This document shows, one piece after another, positions 1-8,190 of a stretch of DNA of 29,236 nucleotides. The stretch is from NCBI GenBank assembly GCA_035535615.1, contig DATLPP010000249.1, forward strand, positions 1-29,236. Reading direction: 5' to 3'. A program made the position numbers and the translations under genes. The DNA comes from Candidatus Udaeobacter sp. (lineage in GTDB: Bacteria > Chloroflexota > Limnocylindria > P2-11E). Under the pieces are notes generated by a model. The model made no database searches. It was not told the origin of the DNA and was given only the letters and a program-made list of their open reading frames with translations. Numbering within the stretch: the stretch's first letter is position 1; the number at the start of each line of letters is the position of its first letter.

Positions 1-297
1 GATCAGCCGCATCGTCGTCAGGAGCTTGTTTCCGCAGATCTCGGCGACCTCGTAACGGTTGACGGTCGGCACGCCCCAGGCGTCGAAGACCGAGAGCGCA
101 TACAGCGCGGTGCCATGCTGGATACAACGCTCGAGGATGACGTCGACGCCCAGCTCCGGCCGGTGCTCGACCGCGAGGACCAGCTCCCGATCGTCGATGA
201 TCTTCGTCTCGACCCCGCGCGACTCGAGCTCGGCGAGGAGGAGCTTTTCCTCGACGCGCACTCGCGAGAGCAGCACCCCGACGCGCGGACTATTCAC
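1..297 (-). CDS. lysX: LysX/ArgX-type ATP-grasp amino acid--LysW ligase (RimK family), 5' part only; runs off the window edge
   Basis: Not in the ORF track. My translation from GTG 297: MNSPRVGVLLSRVRVEEKLLLAELESRGVETKIIDDRELV...DVILERCIQHGTALYALSVFDAWGVPTVNRYEVAEICGNKLLTTMRLI, typical of the LysX N-terminus. The start overlaps the lysW stop (GTGAATAG). Confidence 0.85.
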   Translation of the reverse strand, partial: MNSPRVGVLLSRVRVEEKLLLAELESRGVETKIIDDRELVLAVEHRPELGVDVILERCIQHGTALYALSVFDAWGVPTVNRYEVAEICGNKLLTTMRLI

Positions 298-454
298 CCC
301 AGTCCTCTTCCGCCTCCGGGGCGAGGGCGAGCGCGACCGGGGCCGTTTCCTTCACTTCAAGCTCCGCGCCGCAATCGGGGCAGGACACGATCTCGCCTTT
401 GACTGCATCGGAGCCGATGGTGACCTCGGCATCGCACTCGGGGCACTTCGGCAC
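290..454 (-). CDS. lysW: LysW amino-group carrier protein (54 aa)
   Basis: Not in the ORF track. MPKCPECDAEVTIGSDAVKGEIVSCPDCGAELEVKETAPVALALAPEAEEDWGE: two CxxC pairs and the diagnostic C-terminal EDWGE. Strong RBS GGAGGAGG upstream of the GTG. Confidence 0.95.
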   Translation of the reverse strand: MPKCPECDAEVTIGSDAVKGEIVSCPDCGAELEVKETAPVALALAPEAEEDWGE

Positions 455-495
455 GGTTCCCTCCTCCCAAGACGTGAGAGGAGAAGCCTAACGAA

Positions 496-2508
496 TCAGT
501 CGGCGTCCGCGGCGGCGAGACGCATCGTTCGCGCCCCCGCTTTGTCCTCGTACATGCGCGCGTCCGCCGTGCTGATGAGCGCGTCGGCGTCGCGACCGTC
601 GATCGGGAACCACGCGATACCGAACGACGCGCGCGGGAGCTCGTTGGCGTGGCCGGCCCACATGTAGCGCTCCTCGCGCAGTCGTGCCGCGATCCGCCCG
701 ACGATCGCCTGCGCGGGGAGCGGACCGGTGCGGGGCAGAAGAAGCACGAACTCGTCTCCACCGAAGCGGGCGACCACGTCTTCCGAGCGCGTCGCCTGGC
801 GCATCGCGCGGGCGAGCGTCCGAAGGACCTCGTTGCCGACGAGATGGCCGGCCGAGTCGTTTACAGCCTTGAGGCCGTCCACATCGCAGAGGACGACGCC
901 GAACGTTTCGCCGTGCCGCGTCGCGTCCGCGATCTGGACCTCGAGACGCTCGAGGAGGCTCCGGCGGTTGAGCACGCCGGTCAGGTCGTCGTCGCGGGCG
1001 AGCCGCCGCGTCTCGGCGAGGAGAACCGCGTTCGCGATCGCGATCGCCGCCTGCGCCGCGTAGAGGCGGACGAGGCGCTGTGCCTCCTCGGAGAAGACGC
1101 GCGGTCGCGAGAGATAGGCCGTGAGCGTACCGACGATCTCGCCGTGCGCGATGAGCGGCGCTGCGATCGCGGACGCGATGACGCCGTGGAGCGCCGGGTT
1201 GCTGTCGGAGTGGTCGCGGTAGTCGTTCGCGGCGACGACGTCGCGCGTGCGCAGGCTCTCCAGGGCGATACCCCGGAGGTCCTCACCGACGGACGAGCGC
1301 AGGCCGAGCGCCGGCGCGTTGTGCACGGCGCGGACGACGAAACCCTCACCCTTTTCCGCGAGCGCGACCATCGCGCCATCGGTGCCCGTGAGGGCCGTCG
1401 CCTCACGCGCGATGAGACTCGCAAGCTCTTCGAGCGAGAGCTCGCCGGCGGTCGCGAGACCGACGTCGTAGAGGATGGCGAGCTCCTCGGCGCGGCGACG
1501 CTCGCGCTCGCCGAGCAGCCAGTTCGTGTAGAGGGCGAGCCCGGCGCGGGTCGCGAGCACCAGCACGGTCAGGGCGACCGCGCCGTCGATGAGGTCCGCG
1601 AACCGTCCGGGGACGCGCTGGACATCCGTGTATATGAGGAGGAACGAGCACGCCGCGGCGACGACCCCGGGCAGGACCATACGCGAGAGGTGAACGGCCG
1701 CACCGGAAAGCCGGCTGTTCCGACCGTCCTCGCGGTCCTCGACCCACTGCGCGCCCGCGATGCCGATGGCGCCGATCCCGACGAGCCACAGAGCGTCGAC
1801 CGGGGTCCCCGCCGTGAACGTGCCCTCGACGTTTGCGGGCAGATAGAGCACGAACGCGAGCGCGTTGAGGCCGAGGCCGACGAAGAGCGACGTCACCGCG
1901 CCGCGTGGCTCGAGCTGCGGCACTCCCCACACGGCGGAGAGGGCAGCCGCCGTCGCGGCCACGTAGAGCAGCGGGTACAGGAACGCGACCGCCGACGCCT
2001 GCGGGTCGCGGGCGACATCGGTGGCGAGCGTCGTCGCGAGGAAAAGCGTCACGGCCGCGCCCAGGGTCAGGACGACCGCGCCCACATCGAGCACGAGGGC
2101 GTAGAGCGTCAGCTTCTGACCGTGTCTGCGAAGGAGCACCACCAGGGCGATCGTCCACACCGGCGCGGCGGTCATGAAACCGAGATCGGCGAGGAGCGGC
2201 GATGGCATCTGGAGGCCGCCGACATCCACGAGGTCGCGCAGGAGTTGACCGACGAGCCAGGACACCGAGCCCGCGCAAAAGAGCAGCCACACCATGCGGT
2301 CGCTGCCTCTCGATGCGCGCACGGCACGACCGGTGCCCAAGATCGCACCGATCGCCGCCGCGGTCCACGCGAAGTCAGCGACGACGCAGCGCGCGAAATC
2401 GTCGGTGAGGAGCTGTTCGATCCCGTAGACGAACGCGGCCCCGATGACCGCGGCGGCGTACCGCGGCGTCGCGCCACGTGGATGTGCGGCGAGCAGTTTT
2501 CGTATCAC
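496..2508 (-). CDS. Multi-TM membrane sensor + GAF + GGDEF diguanylate cyclase
   Basis: About 8 hydrophobic segments, then a GAF-like region (IAAPLIAHGEIVGTL), then DxDGLKAVNDSAGHLVGN and an intact GGDEF with an RxxD I-site (RSED) 5 residues upstream. Start moved from 2616 to GTG 2508 because a TAGCGT -10 box lies 7 nt before it. Confidence 0.9.
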   Translation of the reverse strand: MIRKLLAAHPRGATPRYAAAVIGAAFVYGIEQLLTDDFARCVVADFAWTAAAIGAILGTGRAVRASRGSDRMVWLLFCAGSVSWLVGQLLRDLVDVGGLQMPSPLLADLGFMTAAPVWTIALVVLLRRHGQKLTLYALVLDVGAVVLTLGAAVTLFLATTLATDVARDPQASAVAFLYPLLYVAATAAALSAVWGVPQLEPRGAVTSLFVGLGLNALAFVLYLPANVEGTFTAGTPVDALWLVGIGAIGIAGAQWVEDREDGRNSRLSGAAVHLSRMVLPGVVAAACSFLLIYTDVQRVPGRFADLIDGAVALTVLVLATRAGLALYTNWLLGERERRRAEELAILYDVGLATAGELSLEELASLIAREATALTGTDGAMVALAEKGEGFVVRAVHNAPALGLRSSVGEDLRGIALESLRTRDVVAANDYRDHSDSNPALHGVIASAIAAPLIAHGEIVGTLTAYLSRPRVFSEEAQRLVRLYAAQAAIAIANAVLLAETRRLARDDDLTGVLNRRSLLERLEVQIADATRHGETFGVVLCDVDGLKAVNDSAGHLVGNEVLRTLARAMRQATRSEDVVARFGGDEFVLLLPRTGPLPAQAIVGRIAARLREERYMWAGHANELPRASFGIAWFPIDGRDADALISTADARMYEDKAGARTMRLAAADAD

Positions 2509-2654
2509 GCTGAAGACGCTAGGGACGCCAGGCGCATCCGGGAACGCCCAGAACGTACTGATCGCGGCCTCCGCGGGGGACGCGAATGGGGGAATTCGAG
2601 GGGTCACCTCCCCCATTGGTGTGAGTACTCCATCGGGTGGGCTAGCTTGATCTG

Positions 2655-3854
2655 GTGACTCCCCCGCTTGCGCTGACGATCTTCGATGCGGTCGTTTTCC
2701 TCGCTGTGGTCGTGCCGTTCGTGCTGCTCATCCGCCATCGCAACGCGATACCGAAGCTGCCCGCGCTTGGTGAGCCCCCGAGGCTGCCGCGGCTCTCCGT
2801 CGTCGTGCCCGCGCGCGACGAGGGCACGACGATCGCGCGTGCGCTCGGATCGCTCCTCGAGCAGGACTATCCCGACCTCGAGATCATCGTCATCGACGAT
2901 CGCTCGAGCGACGCGACGGGCGACGTCCTCCGCGAGCTCGCGGCGAAGGACGGCCGGCTTCTGGTGCTCCGCGTCGACGAGCTGCCGGCGGGCTGGCTCG
3001 GCAAGAATCACGCGCTCTGGCGCGGCGCCGACCGCGCGAGCGGAGAGTGGCTCCTCTTCACGGACGCGGACGTCGTGTTCGCTCAGGGTGCGCTCCGCCG
3101 GGCCGTCGCGTATGCCGCCACTGAGGAACTCGACCATCTCACGCTGGCGCCGCGTCTGGTCGCGAGGCGACTCGCGCTGCGCGCGTTCGTCGCGTTCTTT
3201 GGCTACGCGTTCGTCGCGCTCTGGGGCGCGTACCTGGCGAACGACCCGAAGAGCAAGCGCGGCGTGGGGATCGGGGCGTTCAATCTCGTCCGCAGATCCG
3301 CGTACGAGCGGATCGGTACGATTCGCGCACTCTCGCTCCGACCGGACGACGACATTCGCCTCGGCCGGCGTCTTCGCGGGTTCGGGTTCCGGCAACGAGT
3401 CTTGAACGGCAACGAGCTCTTGTCCGTCGAGTGGTACGCATCGCTCGGCGGCGCGATCTCGGGACTCGAAAAGAGCCTGTACTCGAGCCTGGGATATCGC
3501 CTCGTCGATGCGGTCGGGTTGGTGCTCTATCTGGTCGCCACGATGGTGTGGCCATTTGTGGGCGTGCTGCTTCTCGGCGGCATCGATCGGCTCCTGCTCG
3601 CGATCGTCGTCGCGTCCCTCATGGCCGCGCTTCTCGAGACCTACCGCCAGTCGATGTCGGCGACGCTCACGCCCGCCGCGCTCGTCGTCGCCCTGCTCCT
3701 ACCGTTCTCAGCCGCCTGCTTCGGGTGGGCCATCGTGCGGTCGGTCTACCTCGCGGAGACACGCGGCGTGCGTTGGCGAGGGACGACCTATCCGCTCTCG
3801 CTCCTCCGAGCTCAGTCCGGACTCGAAGGGATCGCGGCGAACCGCAGCAGGTAG
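2655..3854 (+). CDS. Membrane GT2 glycosyltransferase (CrtQ/HpnB-like lipid glycosyltransferase type)
   Basis: VVVPARDE, IDDRSSDAT, LPAGWLGKNHA, FTDAD, DD motifs; N- and C-terminal TM segments. Substrate cannot be determined from sequence. Confidence 0.85.
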   Translation: MTPPLALTIFDAVVFLAVVVPFVLLIRHRNAIPKLPALGEPPRLPRLSVVVPARDEGTTIARALGSLLEQDYPDLEIIVIDDRSSDATGDVLRELAAKDGRLLVLRVDELPAGWLGKNHALWRGADRASGEWLLFTDADVVFAQGALRRAVAYAATEELDHLTLAPRLVARRLALRAFVAFFGYAFVALWGAYLANDPKSKRGVGIGAFNLVRRSAYERIGTIRALSLRPDDDIRLGRRLRGFGFRQRVLNGNELLSVEWYASLGGAISGLEKSLYSSLGYRLVDAVGLVLYLVATMVWPFVGVLLLGGIDRLLLAIVVASLMAALLETYRQSMSATLTPAALVVALLLPFSAACFGWAIVRSVYLAETRGVRWRGTTYPLSLLRAQSGLEGIAANRSR

Positions 3855-4585
3855 CTCTCGAGGTCGGCGAGCTCGGCATCGGTGATGAGGTCGGCCCCGT
3901 ACGCGGGCATCCCGCGCTCGTCGCCCTTACGCACGATCTCCGTCTCGATGCGTCCGCGGATCGAGAGCTCGCCCGGAGCGTCGCCCTCCGGTCCGTGACA
4001 GAGGTGGCAGCCCAGCGCGAAGTAGATCGCCGCGCCTCGCGTCTGGCGGCTGACCGAGGGATCGGCCGCGGCGAGCTGCGCGAGGCTGGGCTCGGGGATC
4101 GCGAGTGCACTCGCCGTCCCTCGCTGCAGCGCACGGATGTACGCGACCATCGCCCAGATCTCGGCGTCCTTGTACTGACCGCCGAACGCAGGCATCGCGG
4201 TAAAGCCGAGGCCGTTCTTCACGATCCAAAAGAGCTGGGCGTCGGTCTTGCTCTTCGCGGCATCGCTCGTGAAGTCGGTCGCGTCGGGGTACGTCGTCCG
4301 GCCGAATGCGCCGCGCCCATCGCCCTTCGCGCCGTGGCAGACCGCGCACGAGCCGGTGTAGGCCGCGCGTCCCGTGCTCAACGCGCGCGGGTCGTTGGCG
4401 ACCGGATTCTGCGCGTCGCCTCCGAGCACCCGCGATACGACCGACACCGCCGCGTCTCCATAGACACGCTCGAGCGGCAGGTCCTGGCGGTGGGTCAGCG
4501 CGAACGGCAGGGCCAGTACGAGAACGAGGACGAGCGCCGTCACGGCACCGACCGCGGCGACGACGAGAGAACGGCGCTTGCTCAA
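3812..4585 (-). CDS. Membrane-anchored diheme c-type cytochrome
   Basis: N-terminal TM helix; two CxxCH motifs (CAVCH, CHLCH), each followed by a distal MP(A) methionine motif (TAMPAF, GMPAY). TTG start. Confidence 0.85.
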   Translation of the reverse strand: MSKRRSLVVAAVGAVTALVLVLVLALPFALTHRQDLPLERVYGDAAVSVVSRVLGGDAQNPVANDPRALSTGRAAYTGSCAVCHGAKGDGRGAFGRTTYPDATDFTSDAAKSKTDAQLFWIVKNGLGFTAMPAFGGQYKDAEIWAMVAYIRALQRGTASALAIPEPSLAQLAAADPSVSRQTRGAAIYFALGCHLCHGPEGDAPGELSIRGRIETEIVRKGDERGMPAYGADLITDAELADLESYLLRFAAIPSSPD

Positions 4586-4629
4586 CCTGCGAGAAAGTAC
4601 GCGCCCCGGGTCCCGATGGATGCGCGTGC

Positions 4630-5064
4630 CTAGCCGGCGCGCTCCAGAACGACGACCGGGATCTCCCGCGATGTCCCTTTCTCGTACTCCTTGAACGCCG
4701 GCATGCGCGAGGACTGCAGGTCGTAGAGCCGGCGGCGTTCGGTGCCTGTGGCCAGGCTCGCGTTCGCCTCGAACCGGTCCGGGCCGACCTCGACGGTGAC
4801 CCGGGGGTTCGCTCGCAGGTTGCGGTACCAGTCGGGGTTGGTCGGCGCGCCGCCCTTTGACGCGATGACGAAGATGCGGTCGCCGTCGCGGGTGTAGGCG
4901 AGCGGATTGGTCCGCTCGCGTCCCGTCTTTGCGCCGCGTGTCGTCAGCAACAGCAGCGAGCGGCCGGTGAATGGTCCCTTCGTGATCTCGCCGTGATGCG
5001 CACGGAAGTCCTCGATGACGCCGGTGTTGAATCCACCGGCCGGACGCGGTCGTTCAGCACTCAC
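4630..5064 (-). CDS. Deazaflavin (F420)-dependent nitroreductase family protein (DDN-like)
   Basis: FNTGVIEDFRAHHG, LLLLTTRGAKTGRERTNPL, VIASKGGAPTNPDWYRNLRANP, YEKGTSREIPVVVLE. Start set at GTG 5064 (the ORF track extends to 5115). Confidence 0.9.
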   Translation of the reverse strand: MSAERPRPAGGFNTGVIEDFRAHHGEITKGPFTGRSLLLLTTRGAKTGRERTNPLAYTRDGDRIFVIASKGGAPTNPDWYRNLRANPRVTVEVGPDRFEANASLATGTERRRLYDLQSSRMPAFKEYEKGTSREIPVVVLERAG

Positions 5065-5114
5065 GCGCGCCACAACGCGAGGGCCAGCGCGGCTATTCCG
5101 ATGACGCTCGCTCA

Positions 5115-5381
5115 ATGTGCCCGTTCCGTGTGAGCCAGCACGGATACCAGAAGCCTCTCGCCGACCTGACCGATGAAGAGCTCCGCGCTGGCTTGAGAGC
5201 GTTGTCCGCGCCCGGCACTATCGGGGCGAGCGTCAAAGATCACATGACCGAGCTGGACCGACGCGCCGCAGAGCGTCACGCGCGAGCCCTGCGGCGGCTC
5301 ACCGTTGCGCTGGTCGCCTCGACGATCGTGTACACACTTGCGACTCTCGCGCTCGTGGTGGTGACCTGGCTAAAGGCTTAG
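5115..5381 (+). CDS. Small hypothetical protein with C-terminal TM helix
   Basis: Helical N-terminal part (LTDEELR...ELDRR) plus a hydrophobic tail (LTVALVASTIVYTLATLALVVVTWL). Start uncertain (ATG 5115, GTG within the att repeat, or a later ATG); no clear RBS. Confidence 0.45.
   Translation: MCPFRVSQHGYQKPLADLTDEELRAGLRALSAPGTIGASVKDHMTELDRRAAERHARALRRLTVALVASTIVYTLATLALVVVTWLKA
5124..5147. repeat. att-like duplicate of the tRNA-Lys 3' end
   Basis: 5124 TTCCGTGTGAGCCAGCACGGATAC vs 7271 TTTCGTGTGAGCCAGCAGGGATTC: 21/24 identical with a 14-bp exact core CGTGTGAGCCAGCA (5127-5140 = 7274-7287). Confidence 0.65.
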
Positions 5382-5541
5382 CGGTCCTGCCACGGTCCGA
5401 GCGTGGCTCCGCACTCGCAATCGAGCACGTAGCTCCGACCCTTGTCATCGTCGACTGATCGCACCTTCCCGTGGTGGTGGAGGTGGCCGGCCTTCCGTTA
5501 AGGGGTAAAATCGCGTCTCGGCTAAAGCCGGGAGCCAATCC

Positions 5542-6492
5542 ATGAAAGCAATTCGTATGCATACGCAAGGCGGCCCTGAATTGCTGGCCTACGAAGACGC
5601 TCCAAAGCCGGCTCTCCAGCCCGGAGATGCGCTCGTCCGCGTCATCGCTACGTCGATAACGAAAACAGAACTAACCTGGGACGAAACCTATAGAGATTGC
5701 GATGGCCGGCCGCGGATTCCGACTATTCCGGGACACGAATTCGCGGGGCTTGTTGATGCGTTGGCCCCGGAGGCTGCGGGTGTGCGCGTAGGCGACGCTG
5801 TGTATGCACTTTCGTCGTTTTGTCGCGATGGCAGCGCTGCCGAATTCATCGCGATCCGCGCAGCGGATCTCGCGCCCAAGCCGCATTCGCTGAACTTCGA
5901 GCAGGCAGCCGCGGTTCCGCTCGCAGGCCTTACTGCGTGGCAAGCCCTTTTTGATCACGCGCAAATTGAAAAAGGACTGCGGGTCCTGATCCACGGCGCG
6001 GCGGGCGGCGTGGGGACGTACGCCGTCCAGCTTGCGAACTGGAAGGGGGCGGAGGTAATCGCTACGGCCTCAGCCAAGGACCACAATTTCCTCAGCGAGC
6101 TCGGCGCCTCGGAAGTAATCGATTACACCCGCGAGCATTTCGAGGAAAAAGTGAAGGATGTGGATGTGGTGCTCGACACCATCGGTGGGGAAACTCAGGA
6201 GCGGTCCTGGGGCGTGTTGCGCCGCGGCGGCATTCTTATCAGCATTGTGAGCCCGGTGGCGGACGAGAAAGCGGCTTCGCTCGGCGTTCGAGGAGCCTAC
6301 TTCATCGTTCAGGCGAACCGCGCGGAACTCATCCAGCTGGGTCAGCTGATCGACAAAGGTACAGTTCGCGTCGTCGTCGAAAATGTGCTTCTGCTTGCGA
6401 GTGCCCGCGAAGCTTTTGAGCAAGCATCAGCCGGCCACAAGCCCGGAAAAATTGTGTTGCAAGTGGCTGCCGCCGAATCCGCGAAAGCATAG
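5542..6492 (+). CDS. NADP-dependent oxidoreductase, MDR/zinc-binding alcohol dehydrogenase (quinone reductase-like) family
   Basis: IPGHEFAG, AAAVPLAGLTAWQAL, VLIHGAAGGVGTYAVQLA, DVVLDTIGG, GKIVL. More A/T-ending codons than neighbouring genes; RBS GGGAG. Confidence 0.9.
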   Translation: MKAIRMHTQGGPELLAYEDAPKPALQPGDALVRVIATSITKTELTWDETYRDCDGRPRIPTIPGHEFAGLVDALAPEAAGVRVGDAVYALSSFCRDGSAAEFIAIRAADLAPKPHSLNFEQAAAVPLAGLTAWQALFDHAQIEKGLRVLIHGAAGGVGTYAVQLANWKGAEVIATASAKDHNFLSELGASEVIDYTREHFEEKVKDVDVVLDTIGGETQERSWGVLRRGGILISIVSPVADEKAASLGVRGAYFIVQANRAELIQLGQLIDKGTVRVVVENVLLLASAREAFEQASAGHKPGKIVLQVAAAESAKA

Positions 6493-6742
6493 TCCGCTCG
6501 AACCCATTCCAAAACATAGAAGCGCAGATCAAAAACTCGGAATCGACGGAAGCCACGCCAAAGACCAAAGGCGCTCGTCGCTGCACCAATCCCGACTGCG
6601 AGTACGGCGGGCGATGGATCGTCCGCGGGATGACCCGCCTCAAGAACGGGAAGTTCCTTTGCTTGGGTCGCGGCGACGGCCCTGACCAGGCTCTAAGCAG
6701 CAGTCGCCCATCGAGGTGGCTCGAGAGGATCGCATCGGAGCC

Positions 6743-7185
6743 ATCCAACGGATGTCGAACGCGCTGTCGTTCGCGGAGCCGAAGACCGAGAGCTCGCGGA
6801 GAACGATTCCGCTCGGCCTTCGGCGATAGCCGCCCTTCGCCGCCATCGCGTAGTCCAGACCGCCGGGCGACTTCGGGCAGGCCCGATCTGGCAAGACCTC
6901 GATCTGGTCTTCGCGACCGAGATCGGAACGCCGGTGGACGCCGGGAACTTCCTGACGCGGACGCACTGTCCGCTACTCGATCGTGCGGGACTGCCGCGGC
7001 TCCGATTCCATGACCTTCGACACACGGCGGCGACCCTTCTCCTCGAGGCGGGCGCTCACCCGCGCGTCGTCGCCGAGCGACTCGGGCACGCGACCCCGTC
7101 CCTGGTCATGAACACCTACGGTCACGCGACCGAGCGCATGCAGAAGGACGCGACCGCGGCTCTGGAGAGCGTTCTAGGGGCTTGA
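6743..7185 (+). pseudogene. Tyrosine recombinase/integrase, 5'-truncated and frameshifted
   Basis: Frame A: IQRMSNALSFAEPKTESSRRTIPLG. After a 1-nt shift near 6817, frame B: PSAIAALRRHRVVQTAGRLRAGPIWQDLDLVFATEIGTPVD...RFHDLRHTAATLLL...LGHATPSLVMNTYGH. HxxR, H and Y catalytic residues are present; the N-terminal domains and first catalytic Arg are absent. Confidence 0.85.
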
Positions 7186-7196
7186 TCGCGCCGCGT

Positions 7197-7215
7197 TGCT
7201 ACAAACCCTGCTACA
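7197..7215. repeat. TGCTACA direct repeat x2 (possible integrase arm-type sites)
   Basis: TGCTACA at 7197-7203 and 7209-7215, between the integrase stop and the att core. Confidence 0.35.
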
Positions 7216-7217
7216 GG

Positions 7218-7252
7218 GAGAGGCCGGTCAGTGATGACCGGCCTCTCGTTTT
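7218..7252 (+). terminator. Rho-independent terminator-like hairpin after the integrase remnant
   Basis: Perfect 13-bp stem GAGAGGCCGGTCA / TGACCGGCCTCTC, GTGA (GNRA) loop, followed by GTTTT. Confidence 0.7.
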
Positions 7253-7277
7253 GTCCACATTCACTGGCGATTTCGTG

Positions 7278-7349
7278 TGAGCCAGCAGGGATTCGAACCC
7301 TGGACCAAGAGATTAAGAGTCTCCTGCTCTACCGCTGAGCTACTGGCCC
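7278..7349 (-). tRNA. tRNA-Lys(CTT)
   Basis: GGGCCAG-TA-GCTC-AGCGGTA-GAGC-A-GGAGA-CTCTTAA-TCTCT-TGGTC-CAGGG-TTCGAAT-CCCTG-CTGGCTC-A: full cloverleaf, anticodon CTT, CCA not encoded. Candidate -10 TACCAT at 7358-7363. Confidence 0.97.
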
Positions 7350-7405
7350 GCACCGAAATGGTACCGACGGGCGAGCAGCACCACCAACCGAGTTGTCCAC
7401 CGATG

Positions 7406-7846
7406 CTATCCGCTCGCGTGCGATCCTCGGCCGCTTCTGGACTGGCTGATCTCTTTCAACGTCTCGCCCACTTTGCGTTCGTTCCCGGCGCGCGCGATCT
7501 GCGCGGTCACGATCAACCCCACGAGCTTGCCACCTTCGACTACGGGGAGTCGCCTGATCTGGCGATCGGCCATTTTCTTTTCCGCATCCATGACGTCGTC
7601 ATCTGGACCGACGGTGACAGGATCCGACGACATCACCTTGCTGACGCGTTGCGTTTTCGGATCCACGCCCGCGGCGACGCCGCGAACGACGATGTCGCGA
7701 TCGGTGACGATGCCGACGAGTCGACCGCCCTCGACGACCGGGATCGAGCCGCAGTCCTCTTGCTTCATGAGTGTGGCAACTTCACCGAGCGTCGCGCCGG
7801 GTTCGACGGTCGTCGGCTGTTTTGTCATGAGCTCCCGAACCTTCAT
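7406..7846 (-). CDS. Tandem CBS-domain protein
   Basis: MKVRELMTKQPTTVEP...GSIPVVEGGRLVGIVTDRDIV...IRRLPVVEGGKLVGLI. RBS GGAGG before ATG 7846. Confidence 0.9.
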   Translation of the reverse strand: MKVRELMTKQPTTVEPGATLGEVATLMKQEDCGSIPVVEGGRLVGIVTDRDIVVRGVAAGVDPKTQRVSKVMSSDPVTVGPDDDVMDAEKKMADRQIRRLPVVEGGKLVGLIVTAQIARAGNERKVGETLKEISQSRSGRGSHASG

Positions 7847-7890
7847 ATGCGCACCTCCGCGCGAAAGTGCGGCACGACGCGTACCGCCCC

Positions 7891-8037
7891 TTAGGTCGAA
7901 GCGCCGATCTTGAAGATCTTGGTCCCACAAACCGGGCACGTCCCCTGAGTCGCGGGGCGCCCGTTCTTCATGGTGATCTGCGTCGCGTCCTTTATCTCAC
8001 GCGAGGCCTTGCACTTGACGCAATACCCGCTGGCCAA
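7891..8037 (-). CDS. DUF5679-like small basic zinc-ribbon protein (48 aa)
   Basis: MASGYCVKCKASREIKDATQITMKNGRPATQGTCPVCGTKIFKIGAST: two CxxC. TTG start with GGAGG RBS; TAGGGT/TACGCT -10-like boxes upstream. Confidence 0.8.
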   Translation of the reverse strand: MASGYCVKCKASREIKDATQITMKNGRPATQGTCPVCGTKIFKIGAST

Positions 8038-8109
8038 CGCAGCACCTCCAGATGGTCTGTCGTCGCAGCGTACCCTAGCCCTCTGGCTCGGCCGCGCGAC
8101 CCCATACGA

Positions 8110-8139
8110 CCACAAAACCCCGACCTTACGGCCGGGGTT
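8110..8139 (-). terminator. Rho-independent terminator
   Basis: Minus strand AACCCCGGCC-GTAA-GGTCGGGGTT-TTGTGG. GNRA loop, a G-U pair and the U-run all favour the minus strand. Confidence 0.75.
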
Positions 8140-8181
8140 CGTGGTGAGGAAGGGAAGGGTTGGGATTTCTTGTTGTCGAAT
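8110..8181 (-). ncRNA. Putative ~70-nt small RNA
   Basis: Lies between a sigma54-like promoter and the terminator; no ORF; central C/U-rich tract AUCCCAACCCUUCCCUUCCUCACC. Confidence 0.4.
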
Positions 8182-8190
8182 CCAACAGCC

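Larger units (their letters stand above)
5124..7294. mobile_element. Degraded tRNA-Lys-targeting integrative element (~2.15 kb)
   Basis: Bounded by the att-like direct repeats. Contains an integrase remnant pointing toward the tRNA 3' end and a lower-GC cargo gene. Confidence 0.65.

Noticed and set aside
2585-2617. Hairpin AATGGGG...CCCCATT between the diguanylate cyclase and GT2 genes as a riboswitch
   Set aside because: Short and bulged, no c-di-GMP aptamer motifs, and it lies upstream of both predicted leaderless starts.
649-2658. 669-aa + strand ORF, and similar long ORFs at 3431-4633, 17687-18898, 20266-21402 and 25747-27393
   Set aside because: Antisense shadows of well-supported genes in high-GC DNA; R/G/A-rich with no motifs.
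5497-6510. Oxidoreductase as an integron cassette (GTTAAGG upstream)
   Set aside because: No RYYYAAC or attC palindrome after the stop; the adjacent recombinase is a phage/ICE-type remnant, not IntI.
7251-7259. DnaA-box-like TTGTCCACA (plus a partial copy near 7393)
   Set aside because: Only one full box, no cluster, DUE or dnaA context; not an origin.
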